Positions 18,842-27,254 of a stretch of 64,000 nucleotides of DNA are shown one piece after another. The notes under the pieces were generated by a model, which did not search any database, was not told where the DNA came from, and saw only the letters and a program-made list of their open reading frames with translations. Location: positions 128,001 to 192,000 of the forward strand of contig JBBCGK010000001.1 in NCBI GenBank assembly GCA_037200965.1, read 5' to 3'. The translations under genes and the position numbers were made by a program. Source of the stretch: a bacterium. Its GTDB lineage: Bacteria > Patescibacteriota > Minisyncoccia > Phycocordibacterales > Phycocordibacteraceae. Position 1 is the first letter of the stretch; the number at the start of each line of letters is the position of its first letter.

Positions 18842-19102
18842 ATGGCGAGGATCGGCAAACCGAAGCTCGCGGCCTGTACTCCCGAGGATGTGTTCAGGGC
18901 CTTGCGAAAGATTGGCGGGTTTGAAATCAGGTACAGCGGCAGCAAGCATACGAAAGCAGTACATCTTGTTTCCGGCAAGTGCGCCACAATTCCAAGGCAT
19001 GCCATAGTCAACAAATTCCTGTTGCGGGATTTCGTGGGAGATTTTCTGGTGCGCAATATCGGTCTTGCGGAGGAGGATATCTATAAGCACCTGTGGTGCT
19101 AG
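18842..19102 (+). CDS. hicA: HicA-family mRNA-interferase toxin-like protein
   Basis: ALRKIGGFEIRYSGSKHTKAVHLVSGKCATIPRHAIVNKFLLRDF matches the YcfA/HicA pattern (GW-vR-GSHH...TvP-H). 12-nt gap from hicB. Confidence 0.55.
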   Translation: MARIGKPKLAACTPEDVFRALRKIGGFEIRYSGSKHTKAVHLVSGKCATIPRHAIVNKFLLRDFVGDFLVRNIGLAEEDIYKHLWC

Positions 19103-19138
19103 CCGAAACGCGTGCGGAGGAGTTATCCACTTGCCGGT

Positions 19139-19150
19139 GAACCGTGGTTC
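19139..19150. promoter_or_regulatory. LexA operator (Cheo-type SOS box GAAC-N4-GTTC)
   Basis: GAACCGTGGTTC inside the longer palindrome GGTGAACC-GT-GGTTCACC, 16 nt upstream of the lexA ATG. Confidence 0.65.
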
Positions 19151-19165
19151 ACCTATCATGTATGC

Positions 19166-19744
19166 ATGAGCGACTACCGCGCGCAGAAGGAGAAAGTCGT
19201 CGCTTTCTACGAGCAGCACTATCGCCTCCCGGGATACGGAGAACTTATGAAGCTCGCGCGGTTCAAGTCGAAGAACGCCGCGTATAAGCTGATCGGCAAG
19301 CTCGTCGAGGACGGCATCGTGGAGAAGGACGCGGGCGGCAAGCTCTCGCCCGGAGAGCGGCTCCGGAGTTCCGGCGTACGGCTTCTCGGCCTCATCGAAG
19401 CGGGCTTTCCGTCGCCCGCGGAAGAAGAGCTTCTCGATGTGATGGATTTCGACGAATACCTCACGCCCCGAAAAGAGTCGACCTATATCCTCAAGGTAAA
19501 GGGCGATTCCATGATCGACGCGGGGATCCGCCCGGGCGATCTGGTCGTCGTCGAGCGCCGGGCGACCTATAAGCCGGGGGAAATCGTCGTCGCCTCGATC
19601 GACGGCGAATACACGATGAAATACCTGCGGAAGAAGGGCGACGCGTACTATCTCGACCCCGCGAACGAAAAGTTCAAACCTATTTATCCGAAGGAAGCTT
19701 TGAGCATAGAGGCGGTGGTGACCGCGGTGGTGCGTAAATACTGA
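19166..19744 (+). CDS. lexA: LexA repressor (wHTH plus S24 peptidase)
   Basis: N-terminal wHTH (SKNAAYKLIGKLVEDGIV), AG cleavage-site region, catalytic GDSM (Ser) and K of S24 fold. Confidence 0.85.
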   Translation: MSDYRAQKEKVVAFYEQHYRLPGYGELMKLARFKSKNAAYKLIGKLVEDGIVEKDAGGKLSPGERLRSSGVRLLGLIEAGFPSPAEEELLDVMDFDEYLTPRKESTYILKVKGDSMIDAGIRPGDLVVVERRATYKPGEIVVASIDGEYTMKYLRKKGDAYYLDPANEKFKPIYPKEALSIEAVVTAVVRKY

Positions 19745-19748
19745 CGGT

Positions 19749-21002
19749 ATGGAGCGCGCTCTTGTCCGCGCCATTTTTCATGTCGACGGGGACGCGTTCT
19801 TCGCTTCCTGCGAGATCGCGAAGAATCCGGCGCTCAGGGGGAAGCCGGTTATCACGGGCAAGGAGCGCGGCATCGTCTCTTCCGCAAGCTATGAAGCCAA
19901 GCGGCTCGGCGTTACCCGCGGCGTTCCGCTCTCCCAGGTGCGGCGCATCTGCCCACAGGCGATCATTCTGTCTTCGGATTATGAGACGTATCAGATGTAC
20001 TCGAAGCGCATGTACGCGATCGCGAGACGCTATACGCCCTTGGTCGAGGAATACGGAATCGACGAATGCTTCGGCGATCTCACGGGACTCGCTACACCCC
20101 CGGAGGAAGCGGTCCGCAGGATGCGGGAGGATCTGAAGCGGGAACTCAACATGACGTTCTCGGTCGGCCTTGGTCCGACCAAAGTTCTTGCGAAGCTCGG
20201 CTCAAAGCACAAGAAGCCCGACGGCTTCACGGTCGTGACGCCGGAGAACGTACCGGAGCTTCTTTCGAAGACGCCCCTTCGGAGGGTCTGGGGTATAGGG
20301 CCGAACATCGCGGCGAAGCTCGAAGGGGAAGGGCTTCATACCGCGCTCGATCTCGCGAATATGTCCGGGGCATGGGTTCGCGCCCGCTTCGCGAAGCCCG
20401 TACTCGAGCTGTGGCAGGAACTGCGGGGCGAATCCGTCATGCCGCTTTCGTGCGGCGCGGATACGGCCCCGCATTCGATACAGGTGACGCGCACGTTCGC
20501 GCCCCGGCAGGGTGCGGAGTATCTGCGGTCCGCGCTTTCGAAGAATATCGAGAATGCGTGCTCGAAGGCGCGGAGGAAAAAGCTTATCGCGGGAGAAGTT
20601 TCCTTTTTTCTCAAGACCCAGAGCTTCCGGTATGCGGGGACGCATTTCAAGCTTGGGGAAGCGACCGCGGCACCCCAGGAAGTCATCGCCGCCGTATTCG
20701 AACGTTTCCCGGAGTTGTTCCGGGAGGGCTCCCTCTACCGGGCCACCGGCGTGACGCTCTACGGGCTCGAGAAGGCGGAAAAGCCGCAGCTTGCGCTCTT
20801 TAGCGAACCGGGGGCCATGAACCGCTTCGGCGGGCTGTATAAGAGCGTGGACGCGCTTGCGAGGCGCTTCGGCCCCGGCACCGTCTATCTCGGTTCAAGC
20901 GCGGCGGCGCTTGAAGGCAAGGGGAACCCACAGGAAGGCCTCTTTAGCGGCGCATACGGCGCGAAACGCCTGCCGGTGCCGTATCTGGGAGAAGTGGGGT
21001 AA
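19749..21002 (+). CDS. Y-family translesion DNA polymerase (DinB/UmuC-like)
   Basis: IFHVDGDAFFASCE (catalytic DxD...E), SIDECFLD-like IDECFGDLTG; 417 aa; 4 nt after lexA, forming an SOS operon. Confidence 0.85.
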   Translation: MERALVRAIFHVDGDAFFASCEIAKNPALRGKPVITGKERGIVSSASYEAKRLGVTRGVPLSQVRRICPQAIILSSDYETYQMYSKRMYAIARRYTPLVEEYGIDECFGDLTGLATPPEEAVRRMREDLKRELNMTFSVGLGPTKVLAKLGSKHKKPDGFTVVTPENVPELLSKTPLRRVWGIGPNIAAKLEGEGLHTALDLANMSGAWVRARFAKPVLELWQELRGESVMPLSCGADTAPHSIQVTRTFAPRQGAEYLRSALSKNIENACSKARRKKLIAGEVSFFLKTQSFRYAGTHFKLGEATAAPQEVIAAVFERFPELFREGSLYRATGVTLYGLEKAEKPQLALFSEPGAMNRFGGLYKSVDALARRFGPGTVYLGSSAAALEGKGNPQEGLFSGAYGAKRLPVPYLGEVG

Positions 21003-21071
21003 AAGAAAAGTTGACGGGAACGACGGGAGCCGATAGTGTCGTATTAGGCCGCACACCGTGGGAGAATTCAA

Positions 21072-21245
21072 ATGAGCGGAGCAAACAAGCGCCGGAAGGC
21101 GAATCGCAAGAAGGGTCCGGGTAGCAGGCCCTCAAGAAAAGACAAAGCCGCGAAACGCGAAAAAGCCAGACTGCGGCGACAGCTGCCTATCGATTGGGGA
21201 AGACCGCTGTATCCCTCAGTCTACAACCGATTTTATTGATGGGAG
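21072..21245 (+). CDS. possible small highly basic protein (57 aa)
   Basis: MSGANKRRKANRKKGPGSRPSRKDKAAKREKARLRRQ...; below the ORF-track size cut-off; followed by a hairpin terminator. Confidence 0.2.
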
Positions 21246-21253
21246 ATTTTGAA

Positions 21254-21285
21254 AGCCGGTTCGCAACGAATGTTGCGAACCGGCT
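21254..21285 (+). terminator. hairpin terminator (+ strand)
   Basis: AGCCGGTTCGCAAC-GAAT-GTTGCGAACCGGCT. Confidence 0.55.
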
Positions 21286-21300
21286 GAATGTATCCGGCGG

Positions 21301-21340
21301 CAAACACAACGTCCCGGCAAATGCCGGGACGTTGTGTTTG
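21301..21340 (-). terminator. hairpin terminator for the csp gene
   Basis: CAAACACAACGTCCCGGC-AAAT-GCCGGGACGTTGTGTTTG, 17 nt downstream of the csp stop. Confidence 0.6.
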
Positions 21341-21356
21341 CGTTACTGACGAAGAT

Positions 21357-21572
21357 TTATGCGGTTGCTTCGACTTTGCTCACATTGACCGCGTTCGGTC
21401 CCTTCGGGCTTTCGCCGACTTCGAAAGAGACGGTGTCTCCTTCCTCAAGCTCGGGGAAGGTGATTCCCTGAACTTCGTTGGCGTGGAAGAAGAGGTCCTT
21501 CTCCATGCCTTCTGCTTTGATAAACCCGAAGCCTTTCTCCTTGACGAGGCGGGCGATGATTCCTGTCTGCAT
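21357..21572 (-). CDS. cspA: cold-shock protein (CspA family)
   Basis: MQTGIIARLVKEKGFGFIKAEG...DLFFH: RNP1/RNP2 motifs of the CSD; 71 aa from the internal Met. Confidence 0.9.
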   Translation of the reverse strand: MQTGIIARLVKEKGFGFIKAEGMEKDLFFHANEVQGITFPELEEGDTVSFEVGESPKGPNAVNVSKVEATA

Positions 21573-21700
21573 ACGATGGTGGTTTAGATGGATAGCGCAC
21601 AAGCACGCGAATAAGATATCAATTCCAGTAAGCTGAAGATCGACACCCTCTTCCGCACCCTTCACTCAGCGCCAGGTTGACTCCTCAAGTATAGCACGCT

Positions 21701-21934
21701 TTAGGAAACGGCGCTTTCACGGGGAAGCCAGTCAATGATCTTCTTCCGGTGGAGGTCCAGGGACCAGAGATCGCCGTGCTTAAAAAGGGAGGCGTTCGAC
21801 TCCTTGAACTTCCGCAGAAGGGCGGTGGTTGCGCGCGGAAAGCTCTCCGGCATGTCCCTATTGTATGACTTCAGGAAGTCGGCAAGAGGCACCAGCATCT
21901 CGCTTATCTTCGCCTCCTCGCCGTATTTCCTCAT
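21701..21934 (-). CDS. hypothetical small protein downstream of marR
   Basis: ORF 21701..22069; start is uncertain (MRKYGEE... chosen to avoid overlap with marR). Confidence 0.3.
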   Translation of the reverse strand: MRKYGEEAKISEMLVPLADFLKSYNRDMPESFPRATTALLRKFKESNASLFKHGDLWSLDLHRKKIIDWLPRESAVS

Positions 21935-22031
21935 TGGGGCTGATAATACCATATGAGAGGGGAAAAGAAAAGCCGCCTTCCCGCACGAGACGGGAAGACT
22001 GAGCTTCTCGTTCGCGCGGATAGGCGGCGGA

Positions 22032-22439
22032 TCACTGGTTGGATTGGAAGGCGCCGACGAGCCGAACAATCCGCCTGGCGGCGAATTCGCCAGAAGACGT
22101 CAGGGTGAGGATCGAGAACTTGGGACTGGCGGGGTCTTTCTTCGCCGTCAGCAATTTCTGGCCACGCCCGCCGAGTTCACGCACCATGGTATTCAAGGTC
22201 GAATCGTCGGTTCCCGTGAGCTTCGCCAGACGGGCCTGGGAAATACCGGGGTGCGCCAGCAGGCACGTAAGCACGACACACTGTCGCGCTGGCGTTCCCT
22301 GCATACCTATGCGGTCCGCAATAGCTTTCTTTGCCTCCCTGAATTTGTGCGTTGCTCGAACGAATTCCATCAAGAGCGACTCTTCTGCGGTTTCCGACGC
22401 GGTCCGCGCAAGATGAATCACTATCATTCTCTTGGCCAT
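22032..22439 (-). CDS. MarR-family transcriptional regulator
   Basis: wHTH region QCVVLTCLLAHPGISQARLAKLTGTDDSTLNTMVRELGGRG. Confidence 0.7.
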   Translation of the reverse strand: MAKRMIVIHLARTASETAEESLLMEFVRATHKFREAKKAIADRIGMQGTPARQCVVLTCLLAHPGISQARLAKLTGTDDSTLNTMVRELGGRGQKLLTAKKDPASPKFSILTLTSSGEFAARRIVRLVGAFQSNQ

Positions 22440-22589
22440 GGCATCCTCTTCGCTACATGTTGCACCAACTAGACTGCTCGGATTCTAGGCCGAACCCTGC
22501 TTGCCGTCAAGCAGCAGCCCGAACCGTGTTATTGCCGAATCTTCCTTTTCCGCTAGAATGCAGAAGTCCCGCATGCGGGGCACAAACAT

Positions 22590-22900
22590 TCCGCGGTAGC
22601 TCAATGGTAGAGCAGCTCCCTGTGGCAAACGCAGCTTCCAAAGGAAACTTTGGTCGAAGAACGAGGTGAATTCGGGGAACCCCGAGCGAGAAATCGCGGG
22701 CAATCCCGAGCCAAGTCCCGAATGTCGGGAAAGGTGTAGAGACTATCTCGCAAGAGAGTACTTGGAAAGACGGATTAATCTTTGTCTTTCCCGGGAAGCG
22801 CCTCGCACCCTTCGGGGTGATGATATAGTCCATCCCTGCCAGTAATGGAAGGAGCGATGTAAGGAGTTGGTTCCAGGTTCGAGTCCTGGCCGCGGAGCCA
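22590..22900 (+). tRNA. tRNA-Asn(GUU) interrupted by a group I intron
   Basis: Exon 1 (22590-22623): acceptor TCCGCGG, D-arm GCTC-AATGGTA-GAGC, anticodon stem GCTCC plus CUGU. Exon 2 (22860-22900): UAA-GGAGT, variable TGGTT, T-arm CCAGG-TTCGAGT-CCTGG, acceptor CCGCGGA, discriminator G, CCA. Spliced anticodon loop CUGUUAA gives anticodon GUU. Confidence 0.75.
22624..22859 (+). ncRNA. group I intron (~236 nt) in the tRNA anticodon loop
   Basis: 5' exon ends in U; intron ends in G. An IGS-like GCAG (22631-22634) can pair with exon CUGU, including a U-G wobble. Conserved core R-like GTAGAGACTA (~22735-22745) and S-like GATATAGTCC (~22822-22831). Confidence 0.7.
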
Positions 22901-24502
22901 GATAGGATTAACATCAGCGAAAGCTGGTGTTTTTCCTTTATTGACGGGCTTTTTTGGCGGTTCGAAAGTTCTTTTTTCGTCTGTTTTTTCTCCCATCATC
23001 TGCATGACACGGTCGGAGATGATTTTGAAGGCTTTATGGTATGAAATCTCCACTTTCTTGCCGTTTATCGTCGAGTTCGAAAATAACAGCGACATCAAAA
23101 GCTTCTTGTCGTCGACCATCTCGAGCGTGCTCCGGTTTACGTAAATCTTCCGCGCCTCCTTGGCCATCTGCAAGAAAGTCGATCCCATGTCGAAGTACTT
23201 GAGATTAGCGTTCTTGTGCTTATTGAGGCTATCCATCACTTCTTCCTGCTCGAGCTTGTACTGCGCGTACTTTTTCTGATAGAAGTCCTCGCTTATTTTG
23301 CCGTCGATCTTATCGTCATATATTTTGTCGAGCCGTTGCGTCGCCGTCTGATATCGTCGCTCCAGCTCGCCGGTTGCCTTTTCCCTGAATTCTATTTCCT
23401 CGCTATGGCTTTCCTTGAGTGCTTCCTGAACCCAGGTGAGCATATGCTCGATGGCCTCGTCATGCTTCGAGCTTAACTGCTCGATATTTTCCATCACTTG
23501 CTCGTCGACCTGCTCCTGCCGGACATATTCTTTCTGCGTGCAGTTTTTATAGTGATTGCAGTGGCCATACCAATGGCCTTTCTGTATCTCCCACGTTACG
23601 CGGCCCTTGCACTCCTCGCACCGAAACACGTTTTTGAAAAGCGAGTTGTGCTTGTTGTATCTCGGCGTGCCGTTGCTGTGCATGATGTCTTGGCACCGCA
23701 TGAATAATTCTTTGGTGATAAGCGGCTCATGTCCGCCCTGGGCGACTTTGCCGTTCCAGCGGTTCATGCCGTAGTAGAACGGATCGCCAAGAAGCTGATG
23801 CACGCGCGAGTGACTTACCTTGTTGCCTCCGCGCGAGCGCATGCCGAGCTTGTACATCTCATCGGCCAGTTTCTTGGTCGAGTGTATATTCGTGGCATAG
23901 AGTTCGAACATTCTTTTGACGATCGGTGCCTTATCCGGATCGAGCACGTGGATTTTGTGTCCCTTCTCGCCGACGGTTTTGTAGCCGAGCGGCGGCTTGC
24001 TCGGCAGCCAGCCTTGCGCGAGCTTTTCTTTCTGGCCTTTCTTCACGTTCTCGGAAAGGAGTCGGATGTAGTACTCGGCCGTGGCTACTTTGACGCGCCA
24101 CATAAACCACTCGTGCGACTTGGAGTCCTTGTGGAGCGTACAGCTCTCTTTGACGAGGTGGATGGTGTGCTTTTCATCGGCCAGTATCCACTCGTCGATG
24201 ACCGGCACGTCGGCAAAGTTGCGCGTGAGGCGGTCGGTCGTCTCGACGAAGATCGTGTTGATCTTCGTCTTGGTCACGTATTCGAGCATCTCGTGGAATA
24301 TCTTGCGCTGGATTTTGCCAGCCGCCGATTCCTGGATGGCGAATACCTTGACCATCTCGTAGCCGTTGCGATCGGCATAGTCGTGCAAGAGCTTTTCCTG
24401 CGCCGGAAGCGAGTAACCGGTATCCTCCTGATCCTTGGATGACACGCGGGCGTACCCCACGGCTCGCAATGGTTGATTTTCTTGATTCATTGTCATGGTC
24501 AT
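22775..24502 (-). CDS. large serine recombinase (phage/ICE-type integrase)
   Basis: AVGYARVSSKDQ catalytic Ser region, recombinase domain, Cys-rich zinc-ribbon (CEECKG...CNHYKNC), coiled-coil C-terminus. Track ORF starts at a GTG (24550); an ATG at 24502 is the more likely start. The 3' ~126 nt run antisense through tRNA exon 2 and the intron 3' end. Confidence 0.85.
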   Translation of the reverse strand: MTMTMNQENQPLRAVGYARVSSKDQEDTGYSLPAQEKLLHDYADRNGYEMVKVFAIQESAAGKIQRKIFHEMLEYVTKTKINTIFVETTDRLTRNFADVPVIDEWILADEKHTIHLVKESCTLHKDSKSHEWFMWRVKVATAEYYIRLLSENVKKGQKEKLAQGWLPSKPPLGYKTVGEKGHKIHVLDPDKAPIVKRMFELYATNIHSTKKLADEMYKLGMRSRGGNKVSHSRVHQLLGDPFYYGMNRWNGKVAQGGHEPLITKELFMRCQDIMHSNGTPRYNKHNSLFKNVFRCEECKGRVTWEIQKGHWYGHCNHYKNCTQKEYVRQEQVDEQVMENIEQLSSKHDEAIEHMLTWVQEALKESHSEEIEFREKATGELERRYQTATQRLDKIYDDKIDGKISEDFYQKKYAQYKLEQEEVMDSLNKHKNANLKYFDMGSTFLQMAKEARKIYVNRSTLEMVDDKKLLMSLLFSNSTINGKKVEISYHKAFKIISDRVMQMMGEKTDEKRTFEPPKKPVNKGKTPAFADVNPIWLRGQDSNLEPTPYIAPSITGRDGLYHHPEGCEALPGKDKD

Positions 24503-24546
24503 AATTGCTAATAATTTGTTGGTTCGAATTCGACGTTCGGTACCAG

Positions 24547-24596
24547 ACACACCATATGCCTATTCGTTTGCGCTGCTAAGCCCGAGTTACCCACAT
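24547..24596. repeat. copy A of an imperfect ~50-60-nt repeat (TATGCCTATTCG...AAGCC...GTTACCCACAT)
   Basis: Shares blocks CCTATGCCTATTCG and GTTACCCACAT with 35475..35534; same orientation; immediately upstream of the intact recombinase gene. Confidence 0.5.
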
Positions 24597-24708
24597 TCCA
24601 CCAGTCTTTTGCTCGAAACGTTGGGTTTTGTTGGCTTTTGTTGGGTATTTGCAGCATTTTCCGGTGGCTACTGGTGGGTTCCGGTGACTCAAAAACGGTT
24701 AAATAAGG

Positions 24709-25293
24709 TCAGTTGCGGTTAAATGACGACCGGCCTTTCATCGTCATTTTTGCTACCAGCTTGGCTTTCATGTCGTTGATCTTCTTGAGGTTCGCGCCGT
24801 TAACTTCTTTATAATTTTCTTTAATTTCTTTTGAACCCTTAGCTTCTCTATCTTCTCCGTGCGATGCGGTATGCGCCGCGTGCCGGCCGGCATTTCGTGC
24901 AGATCGGCCGCCATCCTGCGCCAGATGTAGGACGGAAAGCAAGGTGATGCTTCGTGGCTTGAACTTGGCATCCGCGCCACGCACTTTCGTGGTCACGATA
25001 AATGCCCACGCTTCGAGCGTGTCGAGACATTTCTTGATCGTGCGCCAGTCTTTGAGGCCACAGTAAAGCAAGAGCGTCCGGTTCGACGCCTCGATGGTTT
25101 GGCTCGCTTTGTTCGATGCGATCTCAGTCAGAGCGCAGTAGACATTCCGCAGATTGCGGTACGCATCATCGCTTACGCGCTTGTCGATCCATTCCTGTCG
25201 CATGTACCGCAAAGCCGGCTTGTCTTGATAGGCAAACGGAGCTTCGCGGTAGTCTCGGACCTTATGCTTTTGTTCGCTTTGGTTTGGTGTCAT
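24709..25293 (-). CDS. hypothetical protein of integrative element (possible wHTH replication/regulatory protein)
   Basis: Basic protein; wHTH-like segment ASNRTLLLYCGLKDWRTIKKCLDTLEAW. Confidence 0.4.
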   Translation of the reverse strand: MTPNQSEQKHKVRDYREAPFAYQDKPALRYMRQEWIDKRVSDDAYRNLRNVYCALTEIASNKASQTIEASNRTLLLYCGLKDWRTIKKCLDTLEAWAFIVTTKVRGADAKFKPRSITLLSVLHLAQDGGRSARNAGRHAAHTASHGEDREAKGSKEIKENYKEVNGANLKKINDMKAKLVAKMTMKGRSSFNRN

Positions 25294-25471
25294 ACGGTTC
25301 GATGAGCGTGCGGCCGCTCGTGATGTCCTCGAGGTAAAACCGCGACAGCGCGTCGTAGTACCTCACCAGATTGAAGGCGATGTCGTGCAGGTCTTGGTCG
25401 TTTACGTCCAAGCCAAAGTCATGCTTCAGGATCGCACGGAGCTTCTCCAGCGTTTCCGGTTTGATTTTCAC
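25262..25471 (-). CDS. hypothetical small protein
   Basis: 69-aa ORF; 3' end overlaps the next gene start. Confidence 0.3.
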   Translation of the reverse strand: MKIKPETLEKLRAILKHDFGLDVNDQDLHDIAFNLVRYYDALSRFYLEDITSGRTLIEPYDTKPKRTKA

Positions 25472-25476
25472 AGGTC

Positions 25477-25719
25477 TTAGTCCTCGGCATAAATCCGTAC
25501 TTTGACCTGTTTGAGCTGGTTGAAGAACGCCTGCGGTTCGACCGCAAGCTCGCGATTCCAGTATCGCTTCACCAGAGAATCCAGGTCAGGGCTCTTGCCG
25601 AAACAAAAGAGCACCTTGTGCGGATTTCCCCGATCCACGACCTCCAGAGAATCAGGAATGAATAATAAAAGCACCGCGACCAATGCCAGGTCGGCGGTTT
25701 TGTAATAATTGTTTTGCAT
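25477..25719 (-). CDS. hypothetical small protein
   Basis: 80-aa ORF in the same gene string as the recombinase. Confidence 0.3.
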   Translation of the reverse strand: MQNNYYKTADLALVAVLLLFIPDSLEVVDRGNPHKVLFCFGKSPDLDSLVKRYWNRELAVEPQAFFNQLKQVKVRIYAED

Positions 25720-25868
25720 GTGGCATTTTCATTGTCATTAACGTCCTCTCACACGCATTCATTGTGGCAATTTGGCATACGCTTCTGGAATACTGCGAGC
25801 GTGTAGTCAGACACGAAAAAAGCAGCCATTTTGCTGCTTGTCGCTCCCACTTATTAACTACATCAGAG

Positions 25869-26534
25869 CTACACCTCTTTTATTTTGTATTCCGGATTGA
25901 GTTTGTATCCGTTTACGGCGCGGCCAACGATAAAGCTGTCGATGCCGAGCGCGTAGCGCACCTTGCGGTTGATCATGAGCTTCGCGTTGTGGAGCGACTT
26001 GCGGTTCTTGCTTCCGGTCAATCCTACAAGCTCGTCCGTTGGCACATACCCCTTTCGTTCAAGAAGGACCCGTACGATTTTCTGCCGTTGCTTTTCCGTA
26101 CCCATCGAGTAGCAATGCTTAGCTTTCGGCTCGCGGTACAGGTCGCCATCTTTTGAAAAGTAAACGGTCTTTTTACTATCTGCCGGCTTGGTTCGCTTGC
26201 CGGCAAGGCCGTATGCCGCGCCTTCGGCCGTGAGCTTCGCCACGCTTGTTTCCAAGTCCGCGATTTTGCCAAGCGCAGCCAGATACGCTCGTGTCATTGC
26301 TTCTATGCTCCGGCTGTTTTGATTGAGCGCACCCACCAATGCTTGAATGGCCAGATCGTCGGTCTTTACCAGTTCGGCCGGCCGCTCGATGTCCGCAAAG
26401 TCCCTGAGCGCGGATCGCAGTTCGCCGGTAATCGCAGAGGTAGAAAAGCGATAAGCATTCGCCATACCGACAGACCGGTTCGTATTGAATTTGTACGTCT
26501 TGGCCAATGTGGCCTTTTTCATCTTCATAATCAT
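25869..26534 (-). CDS. hypothetical protein of integrative element
   Basis: 221-aa ORF; C-terminal wHTH-like region; divergent from the AbiE operon. Confidence 0.4.
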   Translation of the reverse strand: MIMKMKKATLAKTYKFNTNRSVGMANAYRFSTSAITGELRSALRDFADIERPAELVKTDDLAIQALVGALNQNSRSIEAMTRAYLAALGKIADLETSVAKLTAEGAAYGLAGKRTKPADSKKTVYFSKDGDLYREPKAKHCYSMGTEKQRQKIVRVLLERKGYVPTDELVGLTGSKNRKSLHNAKLMINRKVRYALGIDSFIVGRAVNGYKLNPEYKIKEV

Positions 26535-26636
26535 CTTTAAGCCGTATTGCTTATTCTGGATAAGCTACTTGTGCTTAAGCTTAGTATATCATATAATGCA
26601 CTGGAAGTTAGCTTTAAACTAACTATAGGTAAGTAT

Positions 26637-27254
26637 ATGGATAATAAACCGACAAAAGGTCAATATGTAGAGGTCTTATTGAGATCTCCCAAAACCGTCT
26701 TTTCAATCAAAGACGTGGCTTTGTTATGGGGAGAAGAAGCTGAAAATGCTGTTCGCGTCAGATTAAACAGCTACGTAAAAAGCGGTAAGTTGATCCGAGT
26801 ACATCGCGGCTTTTATGCTAAAGACAAGAATTACAACCGTTCTGAATTAGCGACTGCGATCTACACTCCCTCTTACATCAGCTTTGAGTCTGTTTTAACT
26901 CGTGCCGGTATCAACTTTCAATACTACGGCAATATTTTTGTTGCTTCATACGTGACCAGAGAGATCGAAGCTGATGGTCAAAAAATCTCTTTCATCCGCA
27001 TGAAAGATTATGTCTTAAGTAACACTGCCGGCATCGAGCATACGGAAGGTATTGCCACAGCAACTAAGGAGCGCGCTTTCTTGGACCGGATTTATGTCAG
27101 CAAAGACTATCATTTCGATAATTTGGATGCTTTGGATTGGGATAAAGTCTTTGAGATGTTACCTATCTACCACAACAAGCGAATGGAAAAGAAAGTAAAG
27201 ACCTATCTCGAGCACTATAAAAGCAACCAGCCCGATAAAGCGAAAAACGTATGA
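26637..27254 (+). CDS. AbiEi-family antitoxin/transcriptional regulator
   Basis: N-terminal wHTH and ...SGKLIRVHRGFYA... typical of AbiEi; stop overlaps the AbiEii start. Confidence 0.6.
   Translation: MDNKPTKGQYVEVLLRSPKTVFSIKDVALLWGEEAENAVRVRLNSYVKSGKLIRVHRGFYAKDKNYNRSELATAIYTPSYISFESVLTRAGINFQYYGNIFVASYVTREIEADGQKISFIRMKDYVLSNTAGIEHTEGIATATKERAFLDRIYVSKDYHFDNLDALDWDKVFEMLPIYHNKRMEKKVKTYLEHYKSNQPDKAKNV

Noticed and set aside
18353-19774. 473-aa minus-strand ORF
   Set aside because: Antisense to hicB, hicA and lexA, which have clear motifs. R/D/L-rich GC-frame artefact.
21735-22472. Plus-strand ORFs 21735..21956, 22039..22416, 22044..22472
   Set aside because: Antisense to the MarR gene (clear wHTH) and the small downstream ORF; compositionally biased.
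22507-22914. 135-aa minus ORF across the tRNA/intron
   Set aside because: Region is explained by the tRNA-Asn exons and group I intron core elements.
25683-26156. 157-aa plus ORF in the mobile element
   Set aside because: Overlaps the minus-strand 25869..26534 gene and the upstream region of the 25477..25719 ORF; weaker coding look. Cannot be fully excluded.
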